The notes beneath the pieces are model-generated. The model saw only the letters and a list, made by a program, of their open reading frames with translations, was not told the origin of the DNA and made no database searches. 64,000 nt of DNA, from the NCBI GenBank assembly GCA_049579785.1, contig JBAUOO010000043.1, forward strand, positions 11,335 through 75,334, given 5' to 3'. The position numbers were made by a program, and so were the translations under genes. Source of the stretch: Steroidobacteraceae bacterium. Its GTDB lineage: Bacteria > Pseudomonadota > Gammaproteobacteria > Steroidobacterales > Steroidobacteraceae. This document shows positions 60,047 through 64,000 of this stretch, piece by piece (positions within the stretch are counted from its first letter, which is position 1; each line of letters begins with the position of its first letter).

Positions 60047-60828
60047 TATTTGGGAGCCAACGGCTCGAAGCCCCACTTGCGAAAGATCGGCCGCGCACCG
60101 GCGCTCGTGACGAAGGCGAGATAGCGCGCCGCCTCATCGTTCGCCCCCCGGGTGAGCGCCACCGGATAAACGATCGGCGAATGACTGGCCGCGGGAAACA
60201 CGCCCACCACGCGAACGCGCGGCTCGACGAGCGCATCGGTGCGGTAAACGATGCCGAGCGGCGCATCGGCCCGCGCGACATAGGCGAGCGCCGCGCGCAC
60301 ATTCTCCGCACGCACGAGCCGCGTCGCGACGCTGTTCCAGACTCCAAGGTTCCTGAGCGCCTCACGCGCGTACAGGCCCGCGGGCACCGAATCCGGATCG
60401 GCCACGGCGAGACGTCCTTCGCCAAGGAGCGCTGCCAGATCGAAGCCCGGCGCGATCCGCACCCGCCGCGCCTTGCCGGCCGGCGCGATGAGCACCAGCG
60501 CGTTGCCGGCCAAATTCTGGCGGGAACCGGGCCGCAGCAGCCCGCGTTGCTCCAGGTAGTCCATCCACTGAAGGTCGGCCGAGAAATAGACATCCGCGGG
60601 GGCTCCCGCCTCGATCTGCTTGGCGAGCGTGGAAGAGGCCGCGAGCGAGGAGGTGACCTGAATGCCCGAGCGTGCGGTGAAGGCCTTGTCAAGGTCCCCG
60701 AGCACATTCGCCAGTGATGCCGCGGCAAACACCAGTACGCCCCGAGGCGCATCGGCCGACCGCGCCCCCGCCGCCCCCAGTGAGAGCACCGCCGACATCG
60801 CCGCCACCAGCCATCGCCGCCTCTGCAT
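60046..60828 (-). CDS. modA: Molybdate ABC transporter substrate-binding protein
   Basis: 260 aa. Signal peptide, then VFAAASLANVLGDLDKAF...SSTLAKQIEAGAPADVYFSAD, typical of ModA. No modB or modC adjacent. Confidence 0.85.
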   Translation of the reverse strand: MQRRRWLVAAMSAVLSLGAAGARSADAPRGVLVFAAASLANVLGDLDKAFTARSGIQVTSSLAASSTLAKQIEAGAPADVYFSADLQWMDYLEQRGLLRPGSRQNLAGNALVLIAPAGKARRVRIAPGFDLAALLGEGRLAVADPDSVPAGLYAREALRNLGVWNSVATRLVRAENVRAALAYVARADAPLGIVYRTDALVEPRVRVVGVFPAASHSPIVYPVALTRGANDEAARYLAFVTSAGARPIFRKWGFEPLAPK

Positions 60829-60915
60829 GTCCGAACTCCTCGTTTTGGGATGAACGTAGCGATATCAGGACACACCCTGCTTCGCAACCGCGGGCGTTAC
60901 AGTATCCTCGGCGGC

Positions 60916-62589
60916 ATGCGAACGGACTCCCTCGCGCCGTTCCTGGCGGCATTGCTGCTCTTGACGGCGCCGCCTGTCGCCGCAGCGAGCCCTGCCCGGC
61001 AGAAGGGCGCGCCGCCGATCCCCTCGGACGCCGAGCTTAAGCGCTCGGGCGCTGTGATCGGGCGCATCGTGATTCACAACGAGAACATCTTCGATCTCGA
61101 GAATCCCAAGGACAACAACTGGTTCTTCCGCTTGGCCGACCGCCTGCATCCGGTGACGCGCGAATCGACCATCCGCGAGCAGCTGCTCTTTCACCCCGGC
61201 GAGCGTTATTCGCGCCATCTGCTCGAGGAGTCGGCACGCATCCTGCGGGCCAATCCTTACTTCTACGACGCCTCGATCCAGCCCATTGCCTATCATGATG
61301 GCAAGGTCGACATCCTCGTCATCACCCGTGATGTCTGGACGCTGAATCCGGGGTTCGACTACTCGCGCAGCGGCGGGACGAATCGGACGGGGGTGCAGAT
61401 CGAGGATATCAACACCCTGGGGACGGGCACCGACGTGAAGCTCGAGCACTCCAACTCGGTGGATCGCACCGAGTCGGACATCGAGGTGGCGAACCCGCAC
61501 ACCCTGGGCACCTGGTTCACGACCGACCTCGCTTACGGAAGCCTGAGCGACGGCAAGATGCGCCAGTTCATCCTCGACAGACCTTTCTATGCGCTCGAGA
61601 CCCGCCATGCCGGCGGCATCAGCATCAACGACACCACCGAGGACGATTCGCTCTACGATCTCGGACAGGAGATCGACAAGTTCGCCGACCACACTCGTTT
61701 CTATCAGGTCTACAGCGGCTTCTCGCGCGGGCTCGAGAACGGCTGGACCCGCCGCTACAGCGCCGGGCTCTCCTACGATGAGCATACCTTTGCCGACTCG
61801 AGTCTCTGGAGCGGCCCCACCGTCCTGCCGCAGGACCGCAAGCTCGTCTACCCCTGGCTGCGTTTCGACCTGGTGCAGGACCAGTGGTTGAAGCTCCAGA
61901 ACCACAACCAGATCGGCCGGACCGAGGACTTCGACATGGGCGCTTACGCGACGGTACAGCTGGGCTGGGCCGATACGGCCTTCGGCTCGAGCCGCGATGC
62001 GCTCCCCTTTCAGCTTGCCGCCGGCGATGGCTATCAGCTCTCCCGCGGTGACACGCTCCTCGTCTCGAGTGTCTTCACCGGCAGGATGGCGCGAGGCTCG
62101 CTCGAGAACGGTGTGCTGAGCAGCGCCCTGCGCTTCTACGACGAGCAGTCCGGATACTGGCCCTTTCGCGAGGGAAACTGGCTCTTCTTCACGACCCTCG
62201 AGGCGACGGCGGGCAAGCGCCTTGACCTCGAGAACCAGATCCTCTTGGGTGGCGATAACGGCTTGAGGGGCTATCCGCTGCGCTACCAGGACGGCACCTC
62301 GCGAGCCCTGCTCTCGCTCGAGGAGCGTTACTTCAGCGACTGGTATCCGTTTCGCCTTTTTCGCGTGGGCGCCGCGGTCTTCTTCGACATGGGCCGCACC
62401 TGGGGTCAACCGCAGCTCGCGACCCCGGGTCTCGGAATGCTCAAGGATGCCGGCTTCGGTTTACGCTTCGGTAACGCCCGCACCGGGCTCGGCAACGTCA
62501 TTCACGTCGACCTCGCCTTTCCCTTCGACCGGGGTCCGACCAGCATCAATCGCGTGCAGTTCCTGGTGCAGACCGAGCAGGAATTTTGA
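60916..62589 (+). CDS. Omp85 superfamily (BamA/TamA/ShlB-like) outer-membrane protein with POTRA region
   Basis: Internal ATG with signal peptide (MRTDSLAPFLAALLLLTAPPVAAA). POTRA-like IGRIVIHNENIFDL...VDILVITRDVWTL, a C-terminal beta-barrel and terminal ...VQTEQEF. Confidence 0.7.
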   Translation: MRTDSLAPFLAALLLLTAPPVAAASPARQKGAPPIPSDAELKRSGAVIGRIVIHNENIFDLENPKDNNWFFRLADRLHPVTRESTIREQLLFHPGERYSRHLLEESARILRANPYFYDASIQPIAYHDGKVDILVITRDVWTLNPGFDYSRSGGTNRTGVQIEDINTLGTGTDVKLEHSNSVDRTESDIEVANPHTLGTWFTTDLAYGSLSDGKMRQFILDRPFYALETRHAGGISINDTTEDDSLYDLGQEIDKFADHTRFYQVYSGFSRGLENGWTRRYSAGLSYDEHTFADSSLWSGPTVLPQDRKLVYPWLRFDLVQDQWLKLQNHNQIGRTEDFDMGAYATVQLGWADTAFGSSRDALPFQLAAGDGYQLSRGDTLLVSSVFTGRMARGSLENGVLSSALRFYDEQSGYWPFREGNWLFFTTLEATAGKRLDLENQILLGGDNGLRGYPLRYQDGTSRALLSLEERYFSDWYPFRLFRVGAAVFFDMGRTWGQPQLATPGLGMLKDAGFGLRFGNARTGLGNVIHVDLAFPFDRGPTSINRVQFLVQTEQEF

Positions 62590-62637
62590 AATTGTGGCCA
62601 CGCGGCGCCGCTCGGGCGCGGTGCCCACGATGCGCGC

Positions 62638-63201
62638 TTACTTGCGCTTGGGTCCCAAGCCCGGTGGGGCGAGGATGGTGCCATCGGGTAGCCGGATCCC
62701 GCTGCCTGCAGGTGGCGGCGCCGGACGACCCGGCGCAGGCTTGGGCGGCTCGGGGGCGGCGGGCTTTAACCCGGTCCCGGCTGCGGCCGGGGGGCTGGCG
62801 GCCTTTGCCGGCTTCGGCGCGGCGCTGGATACCGGCTGCGGGATTTGCGGCTCAGCGGGCGCCTGTGGAGGCAGCACTTCCACGGACAGGGTGAAGGTGC
62901 GCTTCTCCGTGCCCTGAAGGGCACCGACGTTGACCACCTGGCGATCGACCTCCTCGCCGCGATCATTGCGGATCGAGATGGTGATGTAGTACTCCCACGG
63001 CTCCTCGACCGGCGGGTGGCGGATGATGCCCTCCACCCGGAGCGCCGAGGTGGCAGCGACCTGGCGCTTCGCCGCATCCGAATCGAAGCGCAGATGGTGC
63101 ATGCAGCCTGGGCAAATGCTCAGGCTTTCGAGGATGACCGCCTTGCAGTGCGGGCAGGTGCGCGTCTTGCCCGTCGGGGACGGGCGAGAGGCGACGTTCA
63201 T
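62638..63201 (-). CDS. Zinc-ribbon protein with a Pro/Ala-rich C-terminal tail
   Basis: 187 aa. CPHC...CPGC zinc-ribbon at the N-terminus, a small beta-rich middle and a PAPEPPKPAPGRPAPPPAG tail. Lies 17 nt downstream of the bactofilin gene. Confidence 0.5.
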   Translation of the reverse strand: MNVASRPSPTGKTRTCPHCKAVILESLSICPGCMHHLRFDSDAAKRQVAATSALRVEGIIRHPPVEEPWEYYITISIRNDRGEEVDRQVVNVGALQGTEKRTFTLSVEVLPPQAPAEPQIPQPVSSAAPKPAKAASPPAAAGTGLKPAAPEPPKPAPGRPAPPPAGSGIRLPDGTILAPPGLGPKRK

Positions 63202-63218
63202 AGGCCGCTCCGAGGCTA

Positions 63219-63746
63219 CTAGCTGCCGTATCCCTTGGTCGTCTCAGCCTTGGTCCGACTCTCGCCTTCCCAGCCGAACTCGACCTGGCCGCGCATACGC
63301 GAGCCGGCCGCTACGGTGAGGGAGCCGGCCTTGACATCGCCGGTGATCACGCCGGTTTCCAGAAGCTCGACGCGCTTGGCATTGTCGATGTTGCCGATGA
63401 GCTCGCCCCCCACGACCACGACGCTCGCCTTGACCAGGCCCTCGAGATGGGCGCCGGAGTCGAGCGTCACGTTGCCATCGACGTGCACGTCACCCTTGAA
63501 GCGGCCGGCGATGCGCACATGGCCGGAGCCTACGATCTTGCCCTCGATGGTCAGGTCCGAGGCGATCACGGATTCTTTCATATCCAAGCGCTGCTCTTTG
63601 GCGGGGCGACGGGGGATTTCCGCGGAAATCGGGGCGACGTTGCTCTTCTCGGGCTGCGCGGCCGGCGACGCTGCGCCGCCGAAGCCCGGCGAGCTTCCGG
63701 CCGAAGGGGTTGCGGTTCCAGTATTTGTCTCTTTCCAAAGCGCCAT
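63219..63746 (-). CDS. Bactofilin (polymer-forming cytoskeletal protein, DUF583)
   Basis: Internal ATG (MALWKE...). Repetitive beta-helix core IEGKIVGSGHVRIAGRFKGDVHVDGNVTLDSGAHLEGLVKASVVVVGGELIGNI...GVITGDVKAGSLTVAAGSRMRGQV. Confidence 0.8.
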   Translation of the reverse strand: MALWKETNTGTATPSAGSSPGFGGAASPAAQPEKSNVAPISAEIPRRPAKEQRLDMKESVIASDLTIEGKIVGSGHVRIAGRFKGDVHVDGNVTLDSGAHLEGLVKASVVVVGGELIGNIDNAKRVELLETGVITGDVKAGSLTVAAGSRMRGQVEFGWEGESRTKAETTKGYGS

Positions 63747-63936
63747 GAGAAGGCCCCCGATCAAATGATGAGAGATGAACGTTGGAAGGTACTCGTCGCC
63801 GAGGCCAAGAGCCAGTGTCTCTGCAAGCCGACAGCGCGCAGGGCAATCTGCGGGTGCGTCAGTTTGTACAAAAAAGTTATCTGTTAATGTACACTGAGAC
63901 TCCGGTTTTGGGGATACTTTCGGGATCGTCCTGGCC

Positions 63937-64000
63937 ATGAAGACGCACGTCGATGTCGATGAGAAGGCGCTCGAGGAGGTGATGAGGATGGGAAAGTTCC
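63937..64000 (+). CDS. VapB-like (DUF2191/Arc-type) antitoxin, N-terminal fragment (3' end outside the window)
   Basis: MKTHVDVDEKALEEVMRMGKF... resembles the M(R/K)T(N/T)(I/V)(D/E)(L/I)D(D/E)xL(I/L)xEAMxxxG start of type II VapB antitoxins. Only 21 codons are visible. Confidence 0.45.
   Translation, partial: MKTHVDVDEKALEEVMRMGKF

Noticed and set aside
60865-62409. 514-aa minus-strand ORF antisense to the Omp85-family gene
   Set aside because: A shadow ORF. The plus frame has a signal peptide, POTRA-like and beta-barrel features, and a terminal Phe.
1-64000. Search by eye for tRNA/rRNA genes, IS transposases, integrases and att-type direct repeats flanking the T4SS block
   Set aside because: None was recognised. 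The intergenic regions are short and lack tRNA-like T-arm or acceptor signatures. No ORF shows DDE, tyrosine or serine recombinase motifs. Comparing 28150-28270 with 43555-44030 revealed no shared repeat. A computational scan is still needed.

Overview
The window is visibly GC-rich with strong GC3 bias, which produces many long antisense shadow ORFs. Gene content looks like a Gram-negative (proteobacterium-like) chromosome or large plasmid. I can support about 60 features.

Left part, 0-28 kb:
- The trpF 3' end.
- A minus-strand operon of TonB-dependent receptor, two-domain OYE/FAD flavoenzyme, MFS and CocE/NonD hydrolase. An AraC regulator and a divergent orphan MttB-family methyltransferase sit next to it.
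- GGDEF and REC-EAL c-di-GMP enzymes, an S10 peptidase, an SDR and a DUF5996 protein.
- A four-gene operon of BlaI-like repressor, sensor-less M56 peptidase, membrane fusion protein and RND pump.
- An ArsB/NhaD permease, a RES-Xre toxin-antitoxin pair and a PAP2 phosphatase.

Centre, 28.8-43.6 kb: a compact 14.7-kb block of 16 co-directional, largely translationally coupled minus-strand genes. It encodes ssb, virB2-virB11 (including a sub-threshold VirB7-like lipoprotein that I decoded by hand), two paralogous TraD/TrwB-type coupling proteins flanking a coiled-coil membrane protein, a MobA/MobL (MOBQ) relaxase and a terminal PRTase-like gene. It abuts a truncated GNAT gene. No integrase, transposase or replicon gene is visible.

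Right part, 43.6-64 kb: MocR, MarR-MFS, GH5-like hydrolase with an SSS symporter and a small membrane protein, a membrane-fused spermidine-synthase-like protein, a FecR/DUF6600-like repeat protein, Phd-VapC, MOSC, Wzi, orphan ModA, an Omp85 protein, a Zn-ribbon protein with bactofilin, and the start of a VapB-like gene.

I found no rRNA, tRNA, CRISPR array or IS element by eye.

The most unusual items are the duplicated coupling proteins, the relaxase-overlapping PRTase-like gene, the BlaI/M56-headed RND operon and the MttB/N-demethylase-like/CocE-like locus. All family calls rest on motif recognition from the translations. No database search was possible.
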